A DNA stretch of 64,000 nucleotides, taken from Candidatus Eiseniibacteriota bacterium (GTDB lineage Bacteria > Eisenbacteria > RBG-16-71-46). A program made the position numbers and the translations under genes. How positions within the stretch are numbered: the stretch's first letter is position 1; each line of letters opens with the position of its first letter. Under the pieces are notes generated by a model. It had not been told where the DNA came from. It worked only from the letters and a program-made list of their open reading frames with translations, and made no database searches. Location of the stretch: the NCBI GenBank assembly GCA_044223005.1, contig JBGAML010000002.1, positions 256,001-320,000 on the forward strand. Direction: 5' to 3'. Of the stretch, positions 19,075 through 29,084 are shown piece after piece.

Positions 19075-21429
19075 TTGCGCACCTCACCCCCGAGATTCCT
19101 CGCTTCCCTGCTGCTGGCCGCGTCCCTCCTGGGTTCTCTCGCGTCGACCGCGTTCGCGGCCACCCCGTTCCCGATGGCCAGCGGCAACTACTCCGAGAAC
19201 TTCTCCGACATCGCCAACTGGACCGCCAACTTCGCTTCCGGCATCGGCGCGCAGTACTGGGCGTCCGTGGGCGTCGGCGGCTCGGCCGCGATCCCCGATC
19301 CCACGCACACCACCGTGAGCACCGCGGCGTTTACGACCGGCACCACGGGCGGCCTGCAGAAGGGGAGCGGCAACATCCAGCTGCTCTCGACCAACGGCAC
19401 CGACTTCACGAACGCGTGCGCGATCGACCTGCTGCTGGACTTCACGGGCATGACCGCCGGGACGATCAGCTACGACTTCGCGACCGTGTCCAACTCGACC
19501 GGCAACCGCAACGGCTCGCTGCGCGTCTACACGAGCATCGACGGCGTCAACTTCACCGAGCTGAGCGGGGCGTCGGTCCTCGACTTCACGAACAACGTCG
19601 CGTTCACGAAGGCGGTGCAGCTCGTGCAGCTGCCGGCCAACTTCGACAACTGCGCGACGGCGCGCATCCGCTTCTACGACTACAACGGCACCGGCCCCGT
19701 GGGCTCCTCGGGTGCGCGTCCCAAGGCGTCGATCGACAACGTCGCCGTGACCGGCACGCTCATGGGCGGCGGCGGTCCGGCCGGCCCCGTGATCTCGAGC
19801 ATCTCGACGATCCCCGGTACGCCGCTCGACACGCTGGGCGTCGACGTGCAGGCGAGCGTGGTCGACACCGCACGCGCGATCAACGCGGTCTCGCTGGCGT
19901 GGGGACTCACGAGCGGCTCGCTCTCGAGCGTCATCAGCATGGGGCCGACGACGGGCAACTTCTGGCAGACCTCGCTGCCGATCCCGCAGCACTCGGGCGG
20001 CACGGTCGTCTACTACCAGATCACGGCGGTCGACGATTCGGTCACCGCGACCTCGCCGATCCTGAGCTTCACCGTCACCGGCACCGGCGGTTCGAGCAGC
20101 GGCGCGCCGGTCATCACGTCGGTCTACGAGGCCGGCGACTCCACGCTGCAGGTGTTCTTCAACACCGCGGTGGACCCGGTCACTTCGCAGATCCCGACCA
20201 ACTACAGCGTCAACGGCATCGTCGCCACGAACGCGGTGCGCGACGGCTCGCTGCTCTCGATGGTCACGATCACCGTGCCGGGCATTCCCGCCGGCGACCG
20301 CACGCTCACGGTGAACGGCGTCGGTGACCTCGCGGCGCACTTCAACAGCAACGCGACGTACGGCTTCCACTGGGTCGACGTCTCGATCCCGGCGGGCTAC
20401 TACGACAGCGTCACGGGCCTGAAGGGCTACGCGCTGCTCGCCGCGTTGCACTCGATCATCAAGGCGCACACGGTGATCAGCTACAGCAACACCGCGAACT
20501 GCTTCCCGCGCACGGACCGCCGCCCCGACGGCAACGTCTGGGACGTGTATTCCGACATCCCCGGCGGCACGCCGCCGTACGAGTTCGCGTTCGGTCCCAT
20601 GGGCTCGGGCGGCAGCGAAGGCATCGCGTACAACCGCGAGCACTCGTTCCCGCAGTCGTGGTTCGGCGGCAGCGTGTCGCCCATGTACTCGGACCTCTGG
20701 ATCATCTACCCGACCGATTCCAAGGTGAACGGCATGCGCGGCAACTACCCCTACGGCGTGGTCGGCACGGCGACCTGGACGTCCCTCAACGGGTCCAAGC
20801 TGGGCAGCAGCGCATCGGCCGGATACGGCGGCACGGTGTTCGAGCCGATCAACGGCTACAAAGGCGATCTCGCCCGCAGCCAGTTCTACGTCTCGACGCG
20901 ATACTTCACCGAGGACTCGTCCTGGCCGGGGAGCGGCTCGGCGAACAAGTCGCAGCAGCTGCCCTGGGCCGCGGCGCAGTACCTCGCCTGGAGCGTCGGC
21001 GATCCGGTGAGTTGGAAGGAGCGCGTCCGCAACGGCGCGATCTACGAGTACCAGCACAACCGCAACCCGTTCGTCGATCATCCCGAGTTCGTGAGCTACA
21101 TCTACGACTCGACCAACGTCACCGGCGTCGCGCCGACGGCGACGAACCTGGCGACGATGCTGCGCCCCGCGAGCCCGAATCCCTTCGGCGCCCGCACGGT
21201 CCTCGCGTACGACCTCGCGACGCGCGGCCGCGTCTCGCTGCGCATCTATGACGTGACGGGCCGGCTCGTGCGCTCGCTGGTCCCCGGCATGGAGCAGGCG
21301 GCCGGGCACTACACGCTCGACTGGGACGGCCGTGACGACGCCGGCGCGTCGACGGCGGCCGGGCTCTACTTCAGCCGGATCGACGTCGATGGCGCGAGCG
21401 ACGTGCGGAGACTCGTGCGCGTCCGCTAA
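19075..21429 (+). CDS. Secreted endonuclease I family nuclease with N-terminal beta-sandwich/Ig domains and FlgD-like CTD
   Basis: TTG start after GAAAGG (start inferred); signal peptide; NREHSFPQSW, VNGMRGNYPY, KGDLAR, DPVSWKE, QHNRNPFVDHPE; SPNPF...WDGRD. Confidence 0.85.
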   Translation: MRTSPPRFLASLLLAASLLGSLASTAFAATPFPMASGNYSENFSDIANWTANFASGIGAQYWASVGVGGSAAIPDPTHTTVSTAAFTTGTTGGLQKGSGNIQLLSTNGTDFTNACAIDLLLDFTGMTAGTISYDFATVSNSTGNRNGSLRVYTSIDGVNFTELSGASVLDFTNNVAFTKAVQLVQLPANFDNCATARIRFYDYNGTGPVGSSGARPKASIDNVAVTGTLMGGGGPAGPVISSISTIPGTPLDTLGVDVQASVVDTARAINAVSLAWGLTSGSLSSVISMGPTTGNFWQTSLPIPQHSGGTVVYYQITAVDDSVTATSPILSFTVTGTGGSSSGAPVITSVYEAGDSTLQVFFNTAVDPVTSQIPTNYSVNGIVATNAVRDGSLLSMVTITVPGIPAGDRTLTVNGVGDLAAHFNSNATYGFHWVDVSIPAGYYDSVTGLKGYALLAALHSIIKAHTVISYSNTANCFPRTDRRPDGNVWDVYSDIPGGTPPYEFAFGPMGSGGSEGIAYNREHSFPQSWFGGSVSPMYSDLWIIYPTDSKVNGMRGNYPYGVVGTATWTSLNGSKLGSSASAGYGGTVFEPINGYKGDLARSQFYVSTRYFTEDSSWPGSGSANKSQQLPWAAAQYLAWSVGDPVSWKERVRNGAIYEYQHNRNPFVDHPEFVSYIYDSTNVTGVAPTATNLATMLRPASPNPFGARTVLAYDLATRGRVSLRIYDVTGRLVRSLVPGMEQAAGHYTLDWDGRDDAGASTAAGLYFSRIDVDGASDVRRLVRVR

Positions 21430-21671
21430 CGGACCGCAAGCACGCGACCTGAGAGCGGCGGCCGCGAGGGTGGCCGCCGCGAACGACAAGGGTACCGGCC
21501 ACCGGCCGGCCGGCGCCGGGTCGCTCGCGTTCACGTGCCGGGCGAACGGGTTACACGTGATGTTTCATCTCCCGTGAGAGGGGCGAACCTCGTATCATGA
21601 ACCGCCCGAGCGCGGGGCCGGGCCCCCCGGCAACGCGCTCCCCGACGACTCCCGAGGCGACCCGCTCCCGC

Positions 21672-23795
21672 ATGCCCCTCCGGCCGCTGCTGCTCCGAAT
21701 GCTCCGATCGCGCCGCGCTCACGGCGCGTTCGCGCTGCTGCTCGTCGCCGCGCTCGCGGCTTCGCGTGCGGATGCGCTCTCGCTGCAGCTGCAGGTGCTC
21801 GGCCCCGGCGGTACGCCGGCGGAGGCGCGACTCCAGGTCATCAGCGTGCAGGGCCTGTCGGTGCCGCACGCGCCGGACGTCGAGCTCATGGCGCACTCGG
21901 GGTACAACGGCACCTACTTCTACCCGACGCCGGGCAGCGCGCTGGAACTCGACCCGGGCACCTACCGCGTGCGCGCGTGGCACGGGCCCGAGTGGTACGG
22001 CTACGAGCAGTCCTTCACGCTCGATCGCGACACGACGCTCGTGGTGCAGCTCTCACGCATGGTCGACCTGCGCCCGCGTGGCTGGTATTCGGGCGACCTG
22101 CATGTCCACGCGGAGCATCCGCCCGTCGAGTACGCGGTGTCGGATGAACGCGCCGTGAGCATCGCACGCGCGGAAGGACTCTCCGTGCTGCACCTGCTCG
22201 ACCAGGCGCGCAGCTTCACCGGGCAGGTGTCGACCCTCTCGGATTCGCTGGTGACGCTCTACTGCACCTACGAGTACCGCAACCAGACCGGCGGCCACGC
22301 GGTGTTCGCGGGCCTCACCTCGGCACTCGGCGACGAATGCTGCCTGCCGCCCGAGGAACCGTGGCCGATGCTGTACGACCTGCATGGATCCCTCGCGGCG
22401 CAGGGCGGTCTGATGGTGCTCGCGCATCCCCGCACGACCACGTTCGACGCGCCGCGGGACGACTGGCCCGGCGCCGGCATGGGACGCGAGATGGCGCTGC
22501 TGGGGGCGCTGGGCGGCATGGAAGCCATGGACGCCGTCTCGTACAGCAACGAGCCCGACGCCGACTGGAGCGATTGGTACGACCTGCTTTCGAGCGGCCT
22601 CGACATCCCGCTGTCGGCGGGCACGGACGCCGTGCTCGACTGGTACGACCACCCGCCGGCGGGCGGCTGGCGCGTCTACGTGCAGGTGGCCGCGGGGACG
22701 TCGAGCTTCTATTCGCGCTGGCTCGCCGGGTTGCGCGCCGGGCGGACGTTCGCGACGTGCGGTCCGCTGGTCCCGCGCTTCGAGATCTCCGGCGTGGCTC
22801 CGGGCGGGACGCTCGCGCTCTCCTCGGACACCCTGCAACGGCCGCTGCGGATCGAGGCCCGGTGCGAGCACGGGCTCGCGAAGCTCGCGCTGATCGCCGA
22901 CGGTGCGGAGGTCTGGAGCGCGGCCGTCGGCGGCCGCGAGAGCATCGACACCACGCTCACGCTCCGCATCACGACTCCGCGGTGGCTCGCGCTGCGCGTC
23001 GACGGGGCCAGCAGTCCCCCCGGGCTGAACGGCCTGGCGTCCGTCGGGCACACGAACGCGATCCGCGTGACGCTGAACGGAAATCGTCGCCCGCTGGCCA
23101 CCACCTGCGCCCGGCTCTGGGACGAGGTCCTCGACTGGGAGAACATGCTGATCGGCGACTCGACGCTGACGGCCGCGCACGCCGATTCGGTGCGCGCGCG
23201 CGGCGCCCGGGCGCGCGCCGTCTACGGCAAGCCGTGGGTCACGCGCAGCGGGTCGTTCCGCATGCTGACTGCCGGGGCCGTGGCGCCGGCGCGCTTCACG
23301 TGGCGGCGCTCGACCGACACCGAGGCGAACGATCGCGTGCGCTACCTGGTCGAGGTCGACACGGCATCCACGTTCCCCGCGCCCATGACCTGGACGTGCG
23401 AAGACACCACGCTCGTGGTCTCGCCCGCCAAGCACGGCCCGTGGTGGTGGCGCGTGACGGCGATCGACCGCGGCGGCAACAAGCGCGTCGCGCAGAACGC
23501 GCCCAAGCTCTCGGGCGACGCGCCGCTCGACGCGCCGCCGCCGATGGCGACCCGCGCGGCCCGCGCCTATCCGAATCCGGCCCGCAGCGAAGTGCGGCTC
23601 GAAGGCTTCTCCGCGGACGCGCGCGTCTTCGACACTGCCGGCCGTGTCGTCGCCTCCCGCGGGCGCGGCCTCGAGCCCGCGGGCAACGCGTTCACGTGGC
23701 GGCTCCGTGGCGCAGGGCGCGCCGTGCCGCCGGGCCTCTACTTCGTCGCCGATCCCGCGCGGGCCCGGACCACGCGCATCGTCGTCCTGCCCTGA
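21672..23795 (+). CDS. Secreted PHP-like (CehA/McbA-type) metallohydrolase with short C-terminal sorting domain
   Basis: GWYSGDLHVH, GHA, LAHP, SAGTDA, GLRAGRTFATCGP; C-terminal AYPNP...DTAGRVV...GLYFV. Start uncertain. Confidence 0.7.
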   Translation: MPLRPLLLRMLRSRRAHGAFALLLVAALAASRADALSLQLQVLGPGGTPAEARLQVISVQGLSVPHAPDVELMAHSGYNGTYFYPTPGSALELDPGTYRVRAWHGPEWYGYEQSFTLDRDTTLVVQLSRMVDLRPRGWYSGDLHVHAEHPPVEYAVSDERAVSIARAEGLSVLHLLDQARSFTGQVSTLSDSLVTLYCTYEYRNQTGGHAVFAGLTSALGDECCLPPEEPWPMLYDLHGSLAAQGGLMVLAHPRTTTFDAPRDDWPGAGMGREMALLGALGGMEAMDAVSYSNEPDADWSDWYDLLSSGLDIPLSAGTDAVLDWYDHPPAGGWRVYVQVAAGTSSFYSRWLAGLRAGRTFATCGPLVPRFEISGVAPGGTLALSSDTLQRPLRIEARCEHGLAKLALIADGAEVWSAAVGGRESIDTTLTLRITTPRWLALRVDGASSPPGLNGLASVGHTNAIRVTLNGNRRPLATTCARLWDEVLDWENMLIGDSTLTAAHADSVRARGARARAVYGKPWVTRSGSFRMLTAGAVAPARFTWRRSTDTEANDRVRYLVEVDTASTFPAPMTWTCEDTTLVVSPAKHGPWWWRVTAIDRGGNKRVAQNAPKLSGDAPLDAPPPMATRAARAYPNPARSEVRLEGFSADARVFDTAGRVVASRGRGLEPAGNAFTWRLRGAGRAVPPGLYFVADPARARTTRIVVLP

Positions 23796-23810
23796 TCCGC
23801 TCCCGCGCCG

Positions 23811-24425
23811 TCAGTGCGCGGCGCGTGCCGCGAGCGGCGCGCGCACGCTGATCGCGCCGCGCAGGTCCCCGGCCGCATAGCCGGTCGCCTCGTCCGCCGG
23901 GTAGCGCTCGGCCAGCAGCGCCCGCACGGGTGGCGAGAGGCGATCGGCCGGGCCGTGGCAGGCGAGGCAGGGCTCCTGCAGGGCGATCGGCTTCAGGTAG
24001 CGGATCTCGGCGCCGCCCTCCGGCGTGGCGACGACGAGCAGCGTCTCGGCGGGCAACCGGCCGGCGATGCGATCCGCCTCGAACGCGGCGAGCACCGCGG
24101 CTTCGAGCGAATCGGGCGAGTTGCCGGGATTGCGCAGCCGCGTGCCCACGCGCCGAACCGTCACGCCATCGCGCTGGTGGGCTTGCGTGCGGACCTGGGC
24201 GGAATCGGCGCACACCGCGATCGCGGCGCCGGGCCCGCCACGCTCCAGTTCGCTCTTGAGCAGCGTCATCAGGTCGCCGCCGAGCGCGTTCGCCGCGGCG
24301 CGCACGCGCTGGACGTCCGCGGAGTCGGGGGCCGGAACCGAGTGTGCGACGGGCGCGTTCGACGAGCAGCCCGCAGCGAGCACCGAGCCGAGCAGGAGCA
24401 GAGAGAGAGTGATCGTGGCGTTCAT
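23811..24425 (-). CDS. DUF3365 / Tll0287-like c-type heme lipoprotein
   Basis: Lipobox LAAGC; AIAVC; RLRNPGNSPD; RYLKPI; CLACH; ATGY..GDLRGAISV. Confidence 0.85.
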   Translation of the reverse strand: MNATITLSLLLLGSVLAAGCSSNAPVAHSVPAPDSADVQRVRAAANALGGDLMTLLKSELERGGPGAAIAVCADSAQVRTQAHQRDGVTVRRVGTRLRNPGNSPDSLEAAVLAAFEADRIAGRLPAETLLVVATPEGGAEIRYLKPIALQEPCLACHGPADRLSPPVRALLAERYPADEATGYAAGDLRGAISVRAPLAARAAH

Positions 24426-24650
24426 GTCGGGTGGCAACCGTTTCGGGTGGTGCACGCCGCGCGGTCGCGCCGCGGGAGCGGTGTGCGCGGGCATGCGATG
24501 GAAGGTCGACGTCTCGGGTGCATCGCTCACATCCCCGGCAGGTGCGGCACGCGCCGCGGGCCTGCACGAGGTGGGTGCGCCGAGCAGTTCTGGACGATTC
24601 GCGCCCGCCACGGCGCGCGGGCGCGGCCGAGCGAGCGTGGAACGAATCGT

Positions 24651-24833
24651 TCAGCGATGTCCGCGGTGGCTCAGCCCGATGATGCGGATCATGCGCAGGT
24701 TGATCTCGACGAAGCGCCACATCTGCCACGGGATGAACGTGCGCCAGAACACCGTCGACGGCGTGGGCTTCGTCGCGTAGAACGCGGGATCCAGGTGGCG
24801 CGGCTTCGCGCGTTCGGCGGGAGTCGTCGTCAT
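24651..24833 (-). CDS. Small 60-aa hypothetical protein directly downstream of SQR
   Basis: ATG 4 nt after the SQR stop, GGAG upstream; aromatic amphipathic segment FWRTFIPWQMWRFVEINLRMIRII. Confidence 0.65.
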   Translation of the reverse strand: MTTTPAERAKPRHLDPAFYATKPTPSTVFWRTFIPWQMWRFVEINLRMIRIIGLSHRGHR

Positions 24834-24837
24834 GCGC

Positions 24838-26292
24838 TCACTCCGGAATCATGCTCCAGCCCGGACGCAGCCGGGCCTTGTGCAGGAAGAGGTGGTGGAG
24901 AATGATCTTGATCCAGTGGCCCGCGAGCCCGATCTCGCCGAACGTCATGCCGAGATCCCGCCCGTACTCGGGATAGCGCTCGAAGTCCGGCACGATGGGG
25001 AACACGGTCATCGAGGCCGCGGTGCCGGTGAACGGGTTCGCGCCGGCCGACGCCACGCAGGCCGCGCCCATCTCGGCCATCGACGCGCGGTGCGTCGGGG
25101 CCTGCGCGCCGCGGATTATGTCGACGATGCTCTGTGCGACCGCCTTGCCGATCATCGCCGACGGCATGCCCGTCCGCGGCGGGGTGGGCGCGATCGCGAC
25201 GCCGTTCGGGTTCTGGCGCGGCATCGAGATCGGATGCGGCGGGGCGAACGCGATGCCCGCCGCGAACACGTTCTTGTACGCGGGCGACTGGTAGGTGCTC
25301 GGCCAGTCGCGCGCCGACCACTGCTCGTAGGGCTTCGGCGTGTAGTCCGCGTCGACGCGCATGAAGCCGTTCGGCTGGAACATCGTCGACGTGATGTCGG
25401 CGCCGGCTCGGTCGAACGCTTTCAGCCCCACGCCCGAGAAGGGCGGGAGCAGCATCGCGAAGTCGAACGGCTCCTCGTGCTCCTCGCCGGCGAGGTTCGT
25501 ATAGCGCACCTTGTCCGGCAGGACCTCGAGCACGTGTGCGCGCGTGATCCAGCGCAGGCCGCGCTCGGCGAAGAGCGACTCCGTGAAGATCTTGCTCGGC
25601 GTGACGTAGCCGCCGTGACGCAGGTGGATGCCGCCCATGCCGAAGTCGCCGAGCTCGTACTCGTTCGAGATCCACGTGATGTCGGCCATGTCCCGCACGC
25701 CGCGGGCGCGGAGCTCGAACTCGAGGTTGACGATGTACTCGAACGCCGCGCCCTGGCACGTGCAGGTGCCGTGACCGGTCCCGATCAGGAACCGCTGGCG
25801 CTGACCCTGCTGCATCTTGACGACCGCGGCCTCGAGTGACCGGGACGCCTCGTGGGCGTGGCTTTCGGTGCAGACCGACAGGCTGTGCCCTTCGGGCCCC
25901 AGCCCGGGCGTCGCACCGAAGTTGAGCTTCGGCCCGGTGGCGTTGACCAGCCAGTCGTACGCGATCTCCTCGCGCTGGCCCTCGCGGCCGGCGAGCGTCG
26001 ACTCGGCGACGACGAACGGCTTGAGGTCGTCGCCACGGCCCTCGGGGTGGATCTCGGTCGCCTTCGCCTGCACGAACCGGATGCCCGATTTGGCGTAGAC
26101 GGGTGCGAGCGGGAAGGTCACCTGCTTCGGCTTCATCAGGCCGACGCCCACCCAGATGTTGGACGGGATCCAGTTGTAGGTCGCGCGTGGAGCGACCACG
26201 ACGACCTCGTGCTCGCGGCCGAGCCAGCGGCGCAGGAACGCCGCGGCCGTGTGGCCCGATACCCCCGATCCCAGCACCACGATTCGGCTCAT
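24838..26292 (-). CDS. sqr: Sulfide:quinone oxidoreductase-like FAD flavoprotein
   Basis: AGGAGG RBS; GSGVSG FAD loop; WIPSNIWVG, NATGP, SVC, CTCQGAAFE, MLLPPFSG, PPRTG and AACVASAG place the SQR cysteines as expected. Confidence 0.8.
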   Translation of the reverse strand: MSRIVVLGSGVSGHTAAAFLRRWLGREHEVVVVAPRATYNWIPSNIWVGVGLMKPKQVTFPLAPVYAKSGIRFVQAKATEIHPEGRGDDLKPFVVAESTLAGREGQREEIAYDWLVNATGPKLNFGATPGLGPEGHSLSVCTESHAHEASRSLEAAVVKMQQGQRQRFLIGTGHGTCTCQGAAFEYIVNLEFELRARGVRDMADITWISNEYELGDFGMGGIHLRHGGYVTPSKIFTESLFAERGLRWITRAHVLEVLPDKVRYTNLAGEEHEEPFDFAMLLPPFSGVGLKAFDRAGADITSTMFQPNGFMRVDADYTPKPYEQWSARDWPSTYQSPAYKNVFAAGIAFAPPHPISMPRQNPNGVAIAPTPPRTGMPSAMIGKAVAQSIVDIIRGAQAPTHRASMAEMGAACVASAGANPFTGTAASMTVFPIVPDFERYPEYGRDLGMTFGEIGLAGHWIKIILHHLFLHKARLRPGWSMIPE

Positions 26293-26480
26293 CGCAGGGT
26301 TCCCTCCTGTGGTCCGGCGCGGCGAACAGGCTCCGTCTCGGGGTGAGAGACCCGAGCGGGCGCGGGGATTCGCGGCCCGGGGAAGGCGCGCCCGGGTCCC
26401 GATTGCGGAGGGAAACCGGCTGCGCGACGATGCACGGGCGGCGTGGCCGACGCCGCCCACCCCCACGCAAGGACGTGTCC

Positions 26481-27821
26481 ATGGACCCTGTCTACTGGCA
26501 TCGGCTGCAATTCGCGTTCACGATCACCTACCACTACCTGTTCCCGCAGCTCACGATGGGCCTCGCACTGCTCATCGCGATCATGAAGACGCTCGGCCGC
26601 CGGCCGGGCGGCGGGACGTGGAACGACGCCGCGCGGTTCTGGATCCGGATCTTCGGGATCAACTTCGCGATGGGCGTCGTGACCGGCCTGCCGATGGAGT
26701 TCCAGTTCGGCACCAACTGGGCCGTCTTCGCGCGCACGGCCGGCAACGTGATCGGCCACACGCTCGGCATGGAAGGCCTGTTTGCGTTCTTCCTCGAGTC
26801 GAGCTTCCTCGCGCTGCTCGTCTGGGGCGAGAAGCGGATCGGGCCCACGGGACACTGGCTCGCCTCGCTCGCGCTGTTCGTGGGCAGCTGGCTCTCGGGC
26901 TACCTGATCGTCGCGACGAACGCCTTCATGCAGCACCCCGTCGGCCACGTGGTCGACGCCGACGGCACGATCCGGCTCGCCGACTTCGCGGCGTTCGTGT
27001 TGAACCCGTGGGCGATCGCCGCGTGGCTGCACACCATGACCGCCGCGGTGGTCACCGCGTCGTTCGTCGTGGCGGCTGTCGGCGCCTTCTACGTGCTGCG
27101 CGGGCAGGACGCGCCGGTCGTGCGCCGCTTCCTCGGGCTCGGCGTCACCGCGGGTCTCGCCGCGGCGATGATCGTCGCGTTCCCGACCGGCGACCACCAG
27201 GCCAAGCTCGTCGCGCGCCACCAGCCGATCGCACTCGCGAGCATGGAGGGCCGCTTCGAGAGCGGGCCCTACGCGCGCATCACGCTGATCGGCCAGCCCG
27301 ACGTGGAGAAGCGCCGGATCGACAACCCGCTCCAGGTGCCCGGCATGCTGAGCTTCCTCGCGTTCGGCGCGTTCCACGCCGACGTGCCGGGGCTCGCGGC
27401 GTACCCGCCGGAGCAGTGGCCCGACAATATCGAGCTCCTCTACTACGCGTTCCACGTCATGGTCGGGCTCGGCACGATCTTCATCGGCATCATGGGACTC
27501 GCCGCGTTCCTGCAGCTGCGCGGCGCGCTCGTGCGCACGCGGGCGATGCTCTGGGTGCTGGTGCTCGCGTTCCCGTTCCCGTACATCGCCACCACCGCCG
27601 GCTGGCTGACGGCCGAACTCGGGCGGCAGCCGTGGCTCGTCTACGGGCTGCTGCGCACGAGCCACGGCGCGAGCCCGCTCGTGCATCCGGGCAGCGCGCT
27701 CTTCACGCTGATCGGCTTCGCCGGGCTCTACCTGGTGCTCGGTCTGCTGTTCCTGTTCCTGGTCGGGCGTGAAATCGCCCACGGTCCGGTGTCGGGGCAC
27801 GGGGAGGTGGGCCATGTTTGA
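26481..27821 (+). CDS. cydA: Cytochrome bd-type oxidase subunit I
   Basis: RLQFAFTITYHYLFP, GLPMEFQFGTNW, EGLFAFFLES, NAFMQHP, FHVMVG, AELGRQPW. Confidence 0.95.
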   Translation: MDPVYWHRLQFAFTITYHYLFPQLTMGLALLIAIMKTLGRRPGGGTWNDAARFWIRIFGINFAMGVVTGLPMEFQFGTNWAVFARTAGNVIGHTLGMEGLFAFFLESSFLALLVWGEKRIGPTGHWLASLALFVGSWLSGYLIVATNAFMQHPVGHVVDADGTIRLADFAAFVLNPWAIAAWLHTMTAAVVTASFVVAAVGAFYVLRGQDAPVVRRFLGLGVTAGLAAAMIVAFPTGDHQAKLVARHQPIALASMEGRFESGPYARITLIGQPDVEKRRIDNPLQVPGMLSFLAFGAFHADVPGLAAYPPEQWPDNIELLYYAFHVMVGLGTIFIGIMGLAAFLQLRGALVRTRAMLWVLVLAFPFPYIATTAGWLTAELGRQPWLVYGLLRTSHGASPLVHPGSALFTLIGFAGLYLVLGLLFLFLVGREIAHGPVSGHGEVGHV

Positions 27822-28860
27822 GCTCTGGTACGGCATCGTCGCCGCGATGCTCACGGCCTACGTGATCCTCGACGGCTTCGACTTCGGCGCCGGCGCCCTG
27901 CACCTGTTCGTCGCGCGCGACGATCGCGAGCGGCGCACGGTGCTGGCCGCGATCGGCCCGTTCTGGGACGCCAACGAGGTGTGGCTGCTCGCCGCGGGCG
28001 GCGCGCTGTTCGTGGGCTTCCCGCGCGTGCTCGCCGCGGGGCTCTCGGGCTTCTACCTCGCGATCTTCCTCGTGCTCTGGAGCCTCATCCTGCGCGGCAT
28101 CGCGATCGAGTTCCGCTCGCACGTGCGCGACCGCATGTGGCGTGGCTTCTGGGACGTGGTGTTCGCGGCCGCGAGCGCGCTGCTCCCGGTGCTGTTCGGC
28201 GCCGCGCTCGGCAACGTGATCCGCGGCGTGCCGCTCACCGCCGACGGCTGGTTCCAGCTCACGCTCTTCACCACGTTCCAGCCACACGGTGCCGTGGGCA
28301 CGCTGGACTGGTACACGGTGCTTGCCGGTGTCTTCGCGCTCGTTGCGCTGACCGCGCACGGCGCGCACTTCCTCGCGTGGCGCACCTCCGGAGCGGTGGG
28401 CGAGCGCGCGCGGCGCGCGGGCCGCGTGCTCGCGATCGTGCTCGCCGCGCTCTGGCCCGTGACCACGTGGGCGACGCTCGCGGTCGATCCCGCATTGCTC
28501 GCGGCTCTGCCGCACCGGCCGCTGGCGATCGCCGGGCTGCTGCTCGCGATCGGCGGTACGATCGCGGTCTTCGTGGCGAACGCGCGCGGGCGCATGCTCG
28601 CAGCGTTCCTCGGCTCGTGCGCATTCCTCGCCGGCATGCTGGTCGCCACCGCGGCGAGTCTCTACCCGGTGATGCTGCGCTCGACCATCGACCCGGCGCT
28701 CTCGCTCACCGCGACGAACGCCGGCGCGACGTCCGCGGGCCTCGCCACCGCGCTGCGCTGGTGGCTGCTCGGGATCCCGCTCGTGATCGGGTACTTCACG
28801 CTGCTCTTCCGCATCCACCGCGGCAAGGCGCAGCCGGCGGCGGACGGCGAGGGATACTGA
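27814..28860 (+). CDS. cydB: Cytochrome bd-type oxidase subunit II
   Basis: YVILDGFDFGAG, IGPFWDANEVWL, LILRGIAIEFR; overlaps the cydA stop. Confidence 0.95.
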   Translation: MFELWYGIVAAMLTAYVILDGFDFGAGALHLFVARDDRERRTVLAAIGPFWDANEVWLLAAGGALFVGFPRVLAAGLSGFYLAIFLVLWSLILRGIAIEFRSHVRDRMWRGFWDVVFAAASALLPVLFGAALGNVIRGVPLTADGWFQLTLFTTFQPHGAVGTLDWYTVLAGVFALVALTAHGAHFLAWRTSGAVGERARRAGRVLAIVLAALWPVTTWATLAVDPALLAALPHRPLAIAGLLLAIGGTIAVFVANARGRMLAAFLGSCAFLAGMLVATAASLYPVMLRSTIDPALSLTATNAGATSAGLATALRWWLLGIPLVIGYFTLLFRIHRGKAQPAADGEGY

Positions 28861-29084
28861 GCCGCGTCATCAATCCCGTGATCTTCGTCTCGCCCGCGCG
28901 ACGCCCGGCCGGTTCCGCCCGGCCGGGCGTCGTCGCGTCTCGAACTTCCCGCCACTTGCGCCGCCGCCCACGGCATGCGCCCCCTGCGGCCAAACGCGCT
29001 CCGAGCCGAGACTTCGACGCGATCTCGCCCGGCGGGAGGCGCGTGCCTTCCGCTCGTCTCCGTCGTCGTCGTGGGAGGGCCGCC

